Below are positions 1-9,846 of a stretch of DNA of 64,000 bases, in pieces. This DNA is from Bradyrhizobium sp. (GTDB lineage Bacteria > Pseudomonadota > Alphaproteobacteria > Rhizobiales > Xanthobacteraceae). The stretch is from positions 14,338-78,337 of the forward strand of contig NZ_JACRAW010000135.1 of the NCBI RefSeq assembly GCF_016213215.1, read 5' to 3'. A model generated the notes under the pieces. The model saw nothing but the letters and a program-made list of their open reading frames with translations, was not told the DNA's origin and did no database searches. Made by a program: the position numbers and the translations under genes. Within the stretch, counting starts at the first letter, position 1; each line of letters begins with the position of its first letter.

Positions 1-980
1 TCAACGCCGCCGCCGCCGAGCTGGCGCCGGCGCTGCGCCAGAACGAACTCGCGCAGTTTGCGCTGCGCTCGCCGGAAATCATCACCGCGCTGCGCGAGGC
101 GATCGCCACCACGGAGCCGCGGCGGGCGGACTATCTCGACCATGTGCCGATCGACCGCTGGATGGAATTGATCATCACCCCGGTGCCGGTGCCGACGCTG
201 TTCGGCGGTACCGACAAATGCATGCTGATGACCTTCCACGACCAGACGCCGCTGCGCCGGGTCGAGGAAATGCGGGCCGACTTCGTCGCCAATGCCAGCC
301 ACGAGCTGCGGACGCCGCTGGCGGCTCTTTCCGGCTTCATCGACACGCTGCAGGGCCAGGCCAAGGACGACCCGAAAGCCCGCGAGCGCTTCCTCGGCAT
401 CATGCATGCGCAGGCGACGCGTATGGCGCGTCTCATCGACGACCTGTTGTCGCTGTCGCGCGTCGAACTGTCGGCGCATGTCCGCCCGGATACCCTGGTC
501 GATCTCGTGCCGATTATCCGCCAGGTCGCCGACGGGCTCGAGGCGCTGGCGCGGGAGCGGCAGGTCGTGGTGGAGATCAACCTGCCCGATCCGCCGGTCA
601 TGGTCGCTGGCGATCGTGAGGAGCTGTTGCGCCTGTTCGAGAACTTGATCGAAAACGCGCTGAAATATGGTGCGTCGGGCGGCAAGGTGATCGTGTCGCT
701 GGTCGCGGTCCCCGCCGGCGAAGGCGCGCCGGAGATCCGGGTCTTGGTCCGCGATTTCGGCCCCGGCATCGCCCCTGAACACCTGCCGCGGCTGACGGAG
801 CGGTTCTACCGGGTCGACGTGGGCGACAGCCGCTCCCAGGGCGGGACCGGCCTCGGATTATCTCTGGTGAAACATATTCTTAACCGCCACCGCGGCCGTC
901 TGCTGATCGAAAGCATGCCCAACCAGGGCGCCACGTTCACCGCCTGCTTTCCCCAGGTGAAGCCGCCGGCGGCCGTCTAA
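1..980 (+). CDS. phoR: Phosphate regulon sensor histidine kinase PhoR, C-terminal part (5' end lies outside the window)
   Basis: The frame is open from the window edge (codons from nt 3 read ...AELAPALRQNELAQFALRSPEIITALREAI...), so the ATG at 144 is internal. H-box 'NASHELRTPL', N-box 'ENLIENALKY', G-boxes 'RDFGPGI' and 'GGTGLGLS'. Lies directly upstream of pstSCAB-phoU-phoB. Confidence 0.9.
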   Translation, partial: NAAAAELAPALRQNELAQFALRSPEIITALREAIATTEPRRADYLDHVPIDRWMELIITPVPVPTLFGGTDKCMLMTFHDQTPLRRVEEMRADFVANASHELRTPLAALSGFIDTLQGQAKDDPKARERFLGIMHAQATRMARLIDDLLSLSRVELSAHVRPDTLVDLVPIIRQVADGLEALARERQVVVEINLPDPPVMVAGDREELLRLFENLIENALKYGASGGKVIVSLVAVPAGEGAPEIRVLVRDFGPGIAPEHLPRLTERFYRVDVGDSRSQGGTGLGLSLVKHILNRHRGRLLIESMPNQGATFTACFPQVKPPAAV

Positions 981-1006
981 AATCGAGCTATTTCAGGCGC
1001 TTGTTG

Positions 1007-1024
1007 CTGTCATCCAAGTGTCAC
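1007..1024 (+). promoter_or_regulatory. Candidate Pho box (PhoB binding site) of the pstS promoter
   Basis: CTGTCAT-CCAA-GTGTCAC: two 7-nt direct repeats with a 4-nt spacer, close to the enterobacterial Pho-box consensus CTGTCAT-N4-CTGTCAY. Located about 100 nt upstream of the pstS ATG. Confidence 0.6.
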
Positions 1025-1121
1025 TAAACCTTCGTAAAAGCAGCGTCGACCGCTCCTAAACGGGCGGCGTGAGCGCTATCGGGCGCATCCGGTGCTTAGC
1101 TCACTTTTATGGAGACCACCC

Positions 1122-2147
1122 ATGAGACTCTTCAAGACACACGGTGCCGCCGGACCGGTCGCAACATCGCTGGTAGTTCTTGCTGGCGCGCTCAGTCTGC
1201 CAAGCTCGGCATCCGCGCAGACCAAAACCATCACCATTGACGGTTCCAGCACCGTTTTCCCGATTTCTGAAGCGGTCGCCGAAGAATTCCAGAAGCAGAA
1301 GAAGGGCGAGGTTCGCGTGACCGTCGGTATTTCGGGCACTGGCGGTGGATTCAAGAAATTCTGCCGTGGCGAAACTGACATTTCGAACGGCTCGCGACCC
1401 ATCCTTCGCCAGGAAATGGATGAGTGCGCCAAGAATGGCATCAAATTCATCGAGATGCCGATCGCCTTCGACGCCCTCACCGTCGCGGTCAGCCCGAAGA
1501 ACAACTTTCTTGAATGCATCAGCGTTGCTGATCTGAAGAAGATCTGGGAGCCCGCCGCCCAGGGCAAGGTCATTAACTACAGTGACGTCAATCCGGCGTG
1601 GCCGAACAAGAAGATAACGCTGTTTGGAGCGGGCGCTGATTCAGGCACTTTCGATTATTTTACCGAGGCCGTGAATGGTAAAGCCAAGGCTACCCGCACT
1701 GACTTCACTGCCAGTGAAGATGATAACGTGCTCGTAACCGGCATCGAGCGTGACGAGAATGCGCTCGGCTACATCCCGTTCGCGTACTACGAGCCGCACA
1801 AGGCGAAGCTGAAGGCGCTAGCCATCGATGAAGGCAAGGGCAAGGGCTGCGTGAAGCCATCGCTCGAAGCGGTTACCGCGGGCACCTACAACCCGCTCGC
1901 ACGTCCGCTGTTCCTCTATGTCAGCACCAAGGCCGCCGAGAAGCCCGAGGTGAAGGATTACGTCGAATTCCTCATGACCAAAGGCCCGGCCCTTGTAAAG
2001 GAAGTGAAATATCTGCCGCTTCCCCCCGCTGCCTATGCAACTTCGTACAAGCACTTCAAGGACGGCCGGCTTGGCACGGTGTTCGGCGGCGTTCCTGAGG
2101 TTGGCGTGTCGGTCGAAGACCTGATGAAGCGCGATGCGAAGATCTGA
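1122..2147 (+). CDS. pstS: Phosphate ABC transporter substrate-binding protein PstS
   Basis: Start chosen at ATG 1122, preceded by GGAG. Signal peptide '[32 protein letters not shown]'. '[18 protein letters not shown]' is typical of the PstS family. First gene of the pst operon. Confidence 0.9.
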   Translation: MRLFKTHGAAGPVATSLVVLAGALSLPSSASAQTKTITIDGSSTVFPISEAVAEEFQKQKKGEVRVTVGISGTGGGFKKFCRGETDISNGSRPILRQEMDECAKNGIKFIEMPIAFDALTVAVSPKNNFLECISVADLKKIWEPAAQGKVINYSDVNPAWPNKKITLFGAGADSGTFDYFTEAVNGKAKATRTDFTASEDDNVLVTGIERDENALGYIPFAYYEPHKAKLKALAIDEGKGKGCVKPSLEAVTAGTYNPLARPLFLYVSTKAAEKPEVKDYVEFLMTKGPALVKEVKYLPLPPAAYATSYKHFKDGRLGTVFGGVPEVGVSVEDLMKRDAKI

Positions 2148-2166
2148 TCGATAACGGAGAGTATCA

Positions 2167-2193
2167 GCCGGAGAAGCCACTAGCTTCTCCGGC
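2167..2193 (+). terminator. Intercistronic stem-loop after pstS (partial terminator or mRNA-stabilising hairpin)
   Basis: GCCGGAGAAG-ccactag-CTTCTCCGGC, a 10-bp perfect stem with no U-run. Lies between the pstS stop and the pstC start. Confidence 0.4.
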
Positions 2194-2223
2194 AACTCTC
2201 ACCGCTACTTATGAGCACCAGCT

Positions 2224-3132
2224 ATGGCGTCTGCACTGACTGTCTGGGAGCGCCGCAGGCAACGGCTACGCGAGCGTGCGATTGAATTCGTTCTTCTTGT
2301 CGCGGCCGCATCCTCGGTCTTTGTGACGCTCGCTATCGTTGCCGTTCTCATCTATGAATCGCTGGGATTTTTCAGCTCTGTGCCGATTACGGACTTCCTG
2401 TTCGGAACGGTATGGACTCCCCTGTTCTCAAACCCGCAATACGGCATACTTCCTCTTCTTGGCGGCACGCTTCTGAGCACCTTTGTTGCGCTGCTGTTTG
2501 TCGCGCCGATCGGTCTTGTGACCGCGGTTTACCTCAGCGAGTTCGCCTCCCCCAGGGTCCGCGAAATCATCAAACCGATCCTGGAACTGCTGAGCGGCGT
2601 GCCGACGGTTGTGTATGGCTTCTTTGCCCTGTTGTTCATGACGCCGCTTTTGCAGACGTTCATCCCCAACCTGCCCGGCTTCAACATTCTCAGCGCAGGC
2701 ATCGTCATCGGGATCATGATCATTCCGTACGTGGCCTCGTTGTCGGAAGATGCCATGCGCGCCGTTCCCAACAACCTTCGCGACGGTTCGTTGGCGATGG
2801 GCGCGACCCGGCTTGAGACGGCGGTGAGAGTCGTTCTCCCTGCCGCGATCTCCGGCGTGGCGGCCGCCTTCATTCTTGGGATTTCGCGCGCCGTAGGCGA
2901 AACGATGATCGTCGCGATTGCTGCCGGCCAACAACCCAATCTCACCCTCGATCCACGTGAGCCCGCCGCGACGATCACCGCTTACATCGTTCAGGTTGCC
3001 CTTGGCGATCTGCCGCATGGCAGCCTCGCCTACCAGACGATTTTCGCTGCCGGACTGGTGCTTCTCCTGCTCACGCTCGTCTTCAACATTGCCGGTTTCT
3101 GGCTGCGTCACAAGTTCCGTGAGGTCTACTGA
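2224..3132 (+). CDS. pstC: Phosphate ABC transporter permease PstC
   Basis: Polytopic membrane protein with an EAA-like loop 'SEDAMRAVPNNLRDGSLAMGAT'. Its TGA overlaps the pstA ATG (TGATG). Confidence 0.9.
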   Translation: MASALTVWERRRQRLRERAIEFVLLVAAASSVFVTLAIVAVLIYESLGFFSSVPITDFLFGTVWTPLFSNPQYGILPLLGGTLLSTFVALLFVAPIGLVTAVYLSEFASPRVREIIKPILELLSGVPTVVYGFFALLFMTPLLQTFIPNLPGFNILSAGIVIGIMIIPYVASLSEDAMRAVPNNLRDGSLAMGATRLETAVRVVLPAAISGVAAAFILGISRAVGETMIVAIAAGQQPNLTLDPREPAATITAYIVQVALGDLPHGSLAYQTIFAAGLVLLLLTLVFNIAGFWLRHKFREVY

Positions 3133-4091
3133 TGTCCATTACATCAACGCTGACTGACGGCAGAGTGGCAGGCCGTGCGGCTGACAGTGAATTTGTCCGC
3201 CGCCTGAAGCGTCGCCGGACCAATGAAACAGTTTTCATTTGCCTTGGCCTGGCTGCGACATCCATCGGACTAATTGCGCTGGCCGCGCTGATGATCGATC
3301 TGGCCGCTTCAGGTTATCCTCGGCTGACGGCCGACTTCTTCACGAATTTCCCGTCCCGGCGCGCGGGCCAGGCGGGTATCCTCTCCGCCTGGGTCGGCTC
3401 GCTTCTCGTCATATCGGTCACGGCGTTTATTGGAGTCCCTCTCGGCGTAGCGGCGGGAATCTATCTCGAGGAGTATGCGCCGAAGAATATCTGGACGAAT
3501 ATCATCGAAATCAACGTCAGCAATCTTGCTGGCGTTCCCTCGATTGTCTTTGGCCTTCTGGCACTCGGGCTTTTTGTCTACGGCTTCGGAACGGGACGGA
3601 GTATATTTACGGCTGGCCTTACGCTCGCTCTGCTAATCCTTCCCATCATCATCGTTGCCACACGTGAAGCAATTCGTGCTGTGCCTTGGAGCCTGCGTGA
3701 GGCCGCGTACGGAGTGGGCGCGACCAAGTGGCAGGTCACGCAGGACCACGTTCTGCCTGCGGCGGTTCCTGGAGTGCTGACAGGCGTCATTATCGGAATT
3801 TCGCGCGCACTCGGCGAAACCGCCCCGCTTGTCACTATCGGCGCGCTGTCGTTCATCGCGTTTCTGCCTCCGTCGCCCGTCAGCGCCGATTTTCCTTTCA
3901 TCTCGTTTGCATGGCTGTTCGAAGGGTTCACGGTTCTGCCGATTCAAGCGTTCAACTGGGTCTCTCGCCCGGGCGATGATTTCCAGTCAAATGCCGCTGC
4001 TGCGGGTCTCGTTTTGATGGCTATTACGCTTGTTCTGAACGGGGTCGCCATTTACTTCCGCTATCGGCTTCGAAAGAAGCTGCAATGGTAA
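3132..4091 (+). CDS. pstA: Phosphate ABC transporter permease PstA
   Basis: Polytopic membrane protein with 'REAIRAVPWSLREAAYGVGATKWQ'. Translationally coupled to pstC. Confidence 0.9.
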   Translation: MSITSTLTDGRVAGRAADSEFVRRLKRRRTNETVFICLGLAATSIGLIALAALMIDLAASGYPRLTADFFTNFPSRRAGQAGILSAWVGSLLVISVTAFIGVPLGVAAGIYLEEYAPKNIWTNIIEINVSNLAGVPSIVFGLLALGLFVYGFGTGRSIFTAGLTLALLILPIIIVATREAIRAVPWSLREAAYGVGATKWQVTQDHVLPAAVPGVLTGVIIGISRALGETAPLVTIGALSFIAFLPPSPVSADFPFISFAWLFEGFTVLPIQAFNWVSRPGDDFQSNAAAAGLVLMAITLVLNGVAIYFRYRLRKKLQW

Positions 4092-4140
4092 AGCCTGATC
4101 TGCGCGCGCGTACGACAAACCCAGTGCTACGGAGTTTTCA

Positions 4141-4965
4141 ATGAACACCCACACCGCGCCAACAATGTCGTCAGCGACAATTGGCGCAGCCGGCGAAATG
4201 CTCGCCGGCCGGCCGAAAATTACCGCAAAGAATGTCAACGTCTACTACGGAGAGAAACAGGCGCTCTTTGACGTGTCGGTCAATATTCCGGAGAAGTCGG
4301 TCACCTCATTCATCGGTCCTTCCGGCTGCGGTAAATCGACGTTCTTGCGTTGTTTCAATCGAATGAACGATACGATCCCGACATGCCGCGTTACGGGCGA
4401 CATTGAGATCGACAACGCGGATATCTATGAGCGCGGCCTCGACGTCGTTCAGCTTCGGGCCCGTGTAGGTATGGTGTTCCAGAAGCCAAATCCATTTCCC
4501 AAGTCGATCTACGACAATATCGCCTACGGGCCTCGAATTCATGGCCTCGCGCGTAGCAAGACGGATTTGGACCAGATTGTCGAAAGCAGTCTCAAGAAGG
4601 CAGGACTTTTCGAGGAGGTCAAGGATCGGCTCCACGAATCCGGAACCGGCTTGTCGGGTGGTCAACAGCAGCGCCTATGCATCGCCCGCGCTATCGCTGT
4701 CGGACCGGAGGTCATTCTCATGGATGAGCCGTGCTCCGCGCTCGATCCGATCGCGACCGCTCGCATCGAAGAATTGATCGACCATCTGAAAGAGAACTTT
4801 ACAATCATCATTGTCACCCACTCGATGCAGCAGGCCGCACGGGTCTCGCAGCGCACGGCTTTCTTCCATCTCGGCGTATTGGTGGAAGAAGGAGTGACGC
4901 AAATGATCTTTACCAATCCGCGCGACAGGCGCACCCAGGATTACATCACCGGCCGGTTCGGTTGA
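4141..4965 (+). CDS. pstB: Phosphate ABC transporter ATP-binding protein PstB
   Basis: Walker A 'GPSGCGKST', ABC signature '[14 protein letters not shown]', Walker B 'ILMDEP'. Confidence 0.95.
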   Translation: MNTHTAPTMSSATIGAAGEMLAGRPKITAKNVNVYYGEKQALFDVSVNIPEKSVTSFIGPSGCGKSTFLRCFNRMNDTIPTCRVTGDIEIDNADIYERGLDVVQLRARVGMVFQKPNPFPKSIYDNIAYGPRIHGLARSKTDLDQIVESSLKKAGLFEEVKDRLHESGTGLSGGQQQRLCIARAIAVGPEVILMDEPCSALDPIATARIEELIDHLKENFTIIIVTHSMQQAARVSQRTAFFHLGVLVEEGVTQMIFTNPRDRRTQDYITGRFG

Positions 4966-4975
4966 GGAAACAAAT

Positions 4976-5692
4976 ATGGCTTCTGAACATACCGCCAAGG
5001 CGTTCGACAGCGATCTTCAGGAACTGACTCGTCTGGTCGCCGAGATGGGTGGCCTCGTCGAGCGTATGATCGTCGATTCCGTCGATGCGCTGATCCGTCG
5101 CGACGTGGCCCTGGGACAACGCGTGGTGGAGAGCGACTCCGAGATCGACGCCTTGCAGAAGAAGATAGAGGAGCGCGCCGTGCTTACGATCGCGCGGCGC
5201 CAGCCGATGGCGGTCGACCTGCGCGAGATCGTCGGCGCCATGCGCGTCGCGACCGACCTGGAACGCATCGGCGACCTTGCCAAGAACATGGGCAAGCGCG
5301 TCGCGGCGCTGGATGCCGACTTCCATCCCCTCAAACTGTTCCGCGGTCTCGAGCACATGACCGACCTGGTGCAGTCGCAGGTCAAGTCCGTGCTCGACGC
5401 CTATGGGGCGCACGACCTGCCGGCGGCGATGTCGGTCTGGAAGGGCGATGAGGAAGTCGACGCCATCTGCACCTCGCTGTTCCGCGAGCTGCTCACCTAC
5501 ATGATGGAAGATCCGCGCAACATCTCGTTCTGCATTCACTTGATGTTCTGCGCCAAGAACATCGAGAGGATCGGCGACCATGCGACCAACATCGCCGAGA
5601 CCGTATTCTACATGATCGAGGGGCAGCAGATCACGGACAAGCGTCCGAAGGGCGACACGACCGCGTTCGCCACGACAGTGCCCACCAAGTAG
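4976..5692 (+). CDS. phoU: Phosphate signalling complex protein PhoU
   Basis: Two PhoU repeats ('ATDLERIGDLAKN', 'AKNIERIGDHATNIAE'). Sits between pstB and phoB. Confidence 0.95.
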   Translation: MASEHTAKAFDSDLQELTRLVAEMGGLVERMIVDSVDALIRRDVALGQRVVESDSEIDALQKKIEERAVLTIARRQPMAVDLREIVGAMRVATDLERIGDLAKNMGKRVAALDADFHPLKLFRGLEHMTDLVQSQVKSVLDAYGAHDLPAAMSVWKGDEEVDAICTSLFRELLTYMMEDPRNISFCIHLMFCAKNIERIGDHATNIAETVFYMIEGQQITDKRPKGDTTAFATTVPTK

Positions 5693-5705
5693 GAGAGACG
5701 ACACC

Positions 5706-6410
5706 ATGGGCGCGCGCATTATGGTGGTGGAAGACGAGGAGGCGCTGACCACGCTGTTGCGCTACAATCTCGAGGCCGAGGGCTATGAAGTCGAAACGGT
5801 GGCGCGCGGCGATGAGGCCGACACCCGTCTGAAGGAGCATATTCCCGATCTCATCGTACTCGACTGGATGCTGCCGGGCCTGTCCGGCATCGAACTGTGT
5901 CGCCGCCTGCGTGCGCGCCCCGAGACCAAGCAGCTGCCGATCATCATGCTGACGGCGCGCGGCGAGGAAAGCGAGCGGGTAAGGGGCCTTGCGACCGGAG
6001 CCGACGACTACATCGTCAAGCCGTTCTCGGTGCCGGAACTGCTGGCGAGGGTGAAGGGCCTGCTGCGGCGCGCCAGCCCCGAGCGCCTTGCCACCGTGCT
6101 CGCCTACGGGGATATCGAGCTCGACCGCGAGAAGCGGCGCGTCGCGCGCTCGGGCCGCCCGATCGATCTCGGGCCGACGGAATACCGGCTGCTGGAATTC
6201 TTCCTGGAGCATCCGGGCCGGGTGTTCAGCCGCGAGCAGCTGCTCGACAGCGTCTGGGGCCGCGATATCTATATCGACGAGCGCACGGTCGACGTGCATA
6301 TCGGCCGCCTGCGCAAGCTGCTCAATATCGGCCGCGAGCAGGATCCGATCCGCACCGTTCGCGGTGCCGGCTATGCGCTCGATGACCGCTTCGCCAAGGT
6401 GGAGTCGTGA
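5706..6410 (+). CDS. phoB: Phosphate regulon response regulator PhoB (OmpR family)
   Basis: Receiver domain 'IMVVEDE...LIVLDWMLPGLSG', winged-helix 'LGPTEYRLLEFF...RTVDVHIGRLRK'. Confidence 0.95.
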   Translation: MGARIMVVEDEEALTTLLRYNLEAEGYEVETVARGDEADTRLKEHIPDLIVLDWMLPGLSGIELCRRLRARPETKQLPIIMLTARGEESERVRGLATGADDYIVKPFSVPELLARVKGLLRRASPERLATVLAYGDIELDREKRRVARSGRPIDLGPTEYRLLEFFLEHPGRVFSREQLLDSVWGRDIYIDERTVDVHIGRLRKLLNIGREQDPIRTVRGAGYALDDRFAKVES

Positions 6411-6515
6411 GGACTCCGCGGCGTCGCGCCTGACGGAAGGCGCACGAACCCTCAATCGCTGACCGGAAGTGTACTAAGCTCGGGCGGGCCCGGACCATCG
6501 AAGCCGGAGATCATG

Positions 6516-6546
6516 GTCCCCGCTTTCGCGGCGCGGAGGCGGGGAC
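6516..6546. repeat. REP-like hairpin (GTCCCCGC...GCGGGGAC) between convergent phoB and gcrA
   Basis: 8-bp GC-rich inverted repeat, 6516-6523 with 6539-6546. Could act as a bidirectional terminator. Confidence 0.4.
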
Positions 6547-6566
6547 GACAACGGCTGAGCCTGGCC

Positions 6567-7079
6567 TTACCTTGTGCCCGGCTTGGTAGGCGCGCGGCGC
6601 CGATCCGCGGCGGGCTGGTAGGCGACGCGCGAGTGGTGCGCGCAATAGGGCAGGCCGGTAAGCGCCTTGCCGCCGCAGAAGAAGAAGTCAGGGCTCGAGG
6701 GATCGCCGACCGGCCAGTGGCAGGTGGCCTCGTTCAGCTCGAGCAGCGACAGGCGCTGGCTCATCGGGACCACGTTGTCGTAGGCGATCGGGTCCGGCTC
6801 GATCTCGACCTCGAAGGCCTGCGCCAGCGCAGTGTTGCCCCGCGCCATCGGGCGGGTGACCCGCACCATGTGCTGGGCCGGACGTGCCTTGCGCGCCCGC
6901 GGCGCCGCCGAGGAGGGGCTCTTGGCTCGACCGGAAAGGCCCAGCCGGTGCACTTTGCCGATCACTGCGTTGCGGGTCACGTTGCCAAGTTCCGCGGCAA
7001 TCTGGCTTGCCGAAAGCCCGGCTTCCCAGAGTTTTTTCAGCTGCTCGACGCGATCGTCGGACCAGGTTAATACCGTCAT
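6567..7079 (-). CDS. gcrA: Cell-cycle transcriptional regulator GcrA
   Basis: 'MTVLTWSDDRVEQLKKLWEAGLSASQIAAELG...NAVIGKVHRLGL' and C-terminal 'CHWPVGDP...FFCG...YCAHH', typical of GcrA. Start at ATG 7079 has AGGA about 10 nt upstream; the ATG at 7088 has the SD too close. Confidence 0.85.
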   Translation of the reverse strand: MTVLTWSDDRVEQLKKLWEAGLSASQIAAELGNVTRNAVIGKVHRLGLSGRAKSPSSAAPRARKARPAQHMVRVTRPMARGNTALAQAFEVEIEPDPIAYDNVVPMSQRLSLLELNEATCHWPVGDPSSPDFFFCGGKALTGLPYCAHHSRVAYQPAADRRRAPTKPGTR

Positions 7080-7412
7080 CGCACTCATTCCTTCGCCTGG
7101 CGCGGCCGATCGGAGCGGCGGCGCCGCGATGCCAAAGGGTCAAAAACCCATGTCGGCAGAATCCCTTAACCCTCGCCGGACGCGGTTGGCACGCCCGAAC
7201 GTTTACGCAAATGGTAACGATACTTAGAGGATCAAAACTGCCGCACGAGATGTCGTACCCGACGATCCAAACGCTACAATATGGCGTGACTCCCGTGCAA
7301 GAGTCCGCGTTATTGCGTCCACATGTTCCGGTGCCTAACGATTGGAAAATCAGCTCCGGGAGAATACGGAAGGGCCGGCTTTAATGGTGTTTTTCGGGCT
7401 TTATTGCAGCCA

Positions 7413-7440
7413 TTGACACGTTTCGCGACACGCATACAAT
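7413..7440 (+). promoter_or_regulatory. Near-consensus sigma-70-type promoter candidate (TTGACA-N16-TACAAT)
   Basis: TTGACA at 7413-7418, 16-nt spacer, TACAAT at 7435-7440, in the AT-richer gcrA/argD intergenic region. Confidence 0.4.
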
Positions 7441-7447
7441 GCCTGCC

Positions 7448-7482
7448 ACGTGCCGCCCTTAAAAGGCGGCACGTTTTGTTTT
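7448..7482 (+). terminator. Intrinsic terminator-like hairpin with U-tract
   Basis: ACGTGCCGCC-cttaaaa-GGCGGCACGT (10-bp perfect stem) followed by TTTTGTTTT. Starts about 8 nt after the TACAAT box and ends 73 nt before the argD ATG. Confidence 0.6.
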
Positions 7483-7554
7483 CCGGAACGGTCGTCGATG
7501 CGACCGCGCCAATGCGCGCATCCTGGCCGGGCCTTAACACATCAAGTGATCGCC

Positions 7555-8763
7555 ATGACCACGAGCGCCGCGCCGCATCTGCTTCCCGTCTTCGCGAGGA
7601 TCGATCTCAGCTTCGACCGCGGCGAGGGCTGCTGGCTGGTCGCGACCAACGGCGAGCGCTACCTCGATTTCACCTCCGGCGTCGCGGTGAATGCACTGGG
7701 CCACTGCCATCCGCATCTCGTCGCCGCCCTGCAGGCGCAGGCGACGAAGCTCTGGCACATGTCCAACCTGTTCCAGAGCCCTGACGGCGAGCGGCTTGCC
7801 GCGCGGCTTTGCGAGCTGAGCTTCGCCGATTTCGTGTTCTTCGCCAATTCCGGCGCCGAGGCGATGGAGTGCGCCATCAAGGTCACGCGCAGGCACCATG
7901 CCGCCAAGGGCCATCCCGAACGCTATCGCATCGTCACTTTCGAAGGCGCCTTCCACGGCCGCACGCTTGCCACGTTGGCCGCCACCGGCTCGGCAAAATA
8001 CCTTGAGGGTTTCGGGCCGCCGATGGACGGCTTCGACCAGGTGCCGCTCGGCGACCTCGATGCGGTCAAGAAGGTGATAGGCCCGCAGACCGCCGGCATC
8101 CTGATCGAGCCGCTGCAGGGCGAGGGCGGCGTGCGCGCGGCACCTCAGGCATTTTTCAAGGCGCTGCGCCAGCTCTGCGACGAGCGCGGCCTGCTGCTGG
8201 TATTCGATGAGGTGCAGACCGGCATCGGCCGCACCGGCGAACTGTTCGCGCATCGGCGCTTGGGTGTCACGCCGGACGTGATGTCGCTCGCGAAAGCGCT
8301 GGGCGGGGGCTTTCCGATCGGCGCCTGCCTTGCCACCGCAAACGCGGCTGCCGGCATGACGCCGGGCTCGCACGGCTCGACCTTCGGCGGCAACCCGCTC
8401 GCGGTGGCCGCGGCGAACGCCGTGCTCGACGTCATGCTGAAGCCGGGGTTTTTCGAGCACGTGCAGAGGATGTCGCTGCTGCTCAAGCAGAAGCTCGCCT
8501 CCGTGATCGATCGCCATCCGCAGGTCGTCAGCGAGGTACGCGGCGAGGGCCTGCTGATCGGCGTCAAGGCGGTCGTGCCCTCGACCGATCTCGTGACCGC
8601 GCTGCGCGAGCAGAAGCTGCTCACCGTCGGCGCCGGCGAAAACGTGGTCCGTCTGCTGCCGCCGCTGATCGTGAACGAGGCCGAGATCGAGGAGGCGGTG
8701 GCGCGGCTTGAGCGCGCCTGCGTCAAGCTGTCAGCCAACCAGACGAAACAGGCGGCAAGCTGA
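7555..8763 (+). CDS. argD: Acetylornithine aminotransferase (class III PLP aminotransferase)
   Basis: Start at ATG 7555 ('[25 protein letters not shown]'). '[11 protein letters not shown]' and PLP-lysine region '[14 protein letters not shown]'. Stop overlaps the argF start. Confidence 0.9.
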   Translation: MTTSAAPHLLPVFARIDLSFDRGEGCWLVATNGERYLDFTSGVAVNALGHCHPHLVAALQAQATKLWHMSNLFQSPDGERLAARLCELSFADFVFFANSGAEAMECAIKVTRRHHAAKGHPERYRIVTFEGAFHGRTLATLAATGSAKYLEGFGPPMDGFDQVPLGDLDAVKKVIGPQTAGILIEPLQGEGGVRAAPQAFFKALRQLCDERGLLLVFDEVQTGIGRTGELFAHRRLGVTPDVMSLAKALGGGFPIGACLATANAAAGMTPGSHGSTFGGNPLAVAAANAVLDVMLKPGFFEHVQRMSLLLKQKLASVIDRHPQVVSEVRGEGLLIGVKAVVPSTDLVTALREQKLLTVGAGENVVRLLPPLIVNEAEIEEAVARLERACVKLSANQTKQAAS

Positions 8764-9689
8764 TGAGCAAGGCGCCAAAGCATTTCCTTGACATCAACCA
8801 GCTCCCGCTTGCGGAGCTGCGCAACATGCTGGCCGCCTCTTCGGCCATGAAAGCAAAGTTCAAGGCGCATGACAGGGGTCAGAAGCCGCTCGAGGGCAAG
8901 ACGCTGGCGATGATCTTCGAGCGGCCCTCCACGCGCACGAGGGTGTCGTTCGACGTCGGCATGCGCCAGCTTGGCGGTGAATCGATCATGCTGACCGGCG
9001 CCGAGATGCAGCTCGGTCGCGGCGAGACCATTGCCGATACCGCGCGGGTGCTGTCGCGCTACGTCGACGCAATCATGATCCGCATTCTCAATCACGATGC
9101 GCTGCTGGAGCTTGCGGCGCACGCCACGGTGCCCGTCATCAACGGGCTGACGCGGCGTTCGCATCCATGCCAGGTGATGGCGGACCTGTTGACGTTCGAG
9201 GAGCATCGTGGGTCGATCGAAGGCCGCACCGTGGCCTGGACCGGCGACGACAACAACGTCCTGGCCTCATGGGCGCATGCCGCCGAGCGCTTTCGCTTCA
9301 ATCTGCGCATTGCCACTCCGCTCGAGCTTGCGCCGAAGAAGGCGATGCGGGACTGGATCAAGGCGACGGGGACATCGATCGTGATCGGTACCGATCCGGA
9401 GGAAGCGGTGCGCGGCGCCGACTGCGTCGTCACCGACACTTGGGTGTCGATGGGCGACAAGGACGGCGAGCACCGCCACAACCTGCTCCGGCCCTACCAG
9501 GTCAACGCCCAGCTGATGTCGCTGGCCAAGCCCGATGCGCTGTTCATGCATTGCCTGCCAGCCCATCGCGGCGAGGAGGTCACCGACGAAGTGATCGACG
9601 GTCCGCAATCGGTGGTGTTCGACGAGGCGGAGAACCGCCTGCATGCCCAAAAAGGGATTCTGGCCTGGTGTTTTGACGCGGTGAGCTGA
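8763..9689 (+). CDS. argF: Ornithine carbamoyltransferase
   Basis: '[12 protein letters not shown]' carbamoyl-phosphate motif, 'HPCQVMADL', '[11 protein letters not shown]'. Confidence 0.95.
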   Translation: MSKAPKHFLDINQLPLAELRNMLAASSAMKAKFKAHDRGQKPLEGKTLAMIFERPSTRTRVSFDVGMRQLGGESIMLTGAEMQLGRGETIADTARVLSRYVDAIMIRILNHDALLELAAHATVPVINGLTRRSHPCQVMADLLTFEEHRGSIEGRTVAWTGDDNNVLASWAHAAERFRFNLRIATPLELAPKKAMRDWIKATGTSIVIGTDPEEAVRGADCVVTDTWVSMGDKDGEHRHNLLRPYQVNAQLMSLAKPDALFMHCLPAHRGEEVTDEVIDGPQSVVFDEAENRLHAQKGILAWCFDAVS

Positions 9690-9846
9690 CGCTGATTGTC
9701 GCCCCGGCGAGCTGAACGTACGCCCCGGAGACTTTCCCGTGCGCTGCTGATGGAGGTTCGTCGCTGAGCTTCAGCCTGCGGCTGGGCGGCGGCCGGCGCA
9801 TCTACACCCCTTTCCATTCGCATCTTCCGACCCCAGATAGAGGGCC

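Noticed and set aside
7089-7554. CcrM GANTC sites and CtrA/DnaA boxes in the gcrA upstream region
   Set aside because: I see three GANTC sites (about 7159, 7289, 7301), which is roughly the chance expectation for 466 bp. There is no TTAA-N7-TTAA, and only a partial DnaA-like 'TCCACA'. Not enough to call.
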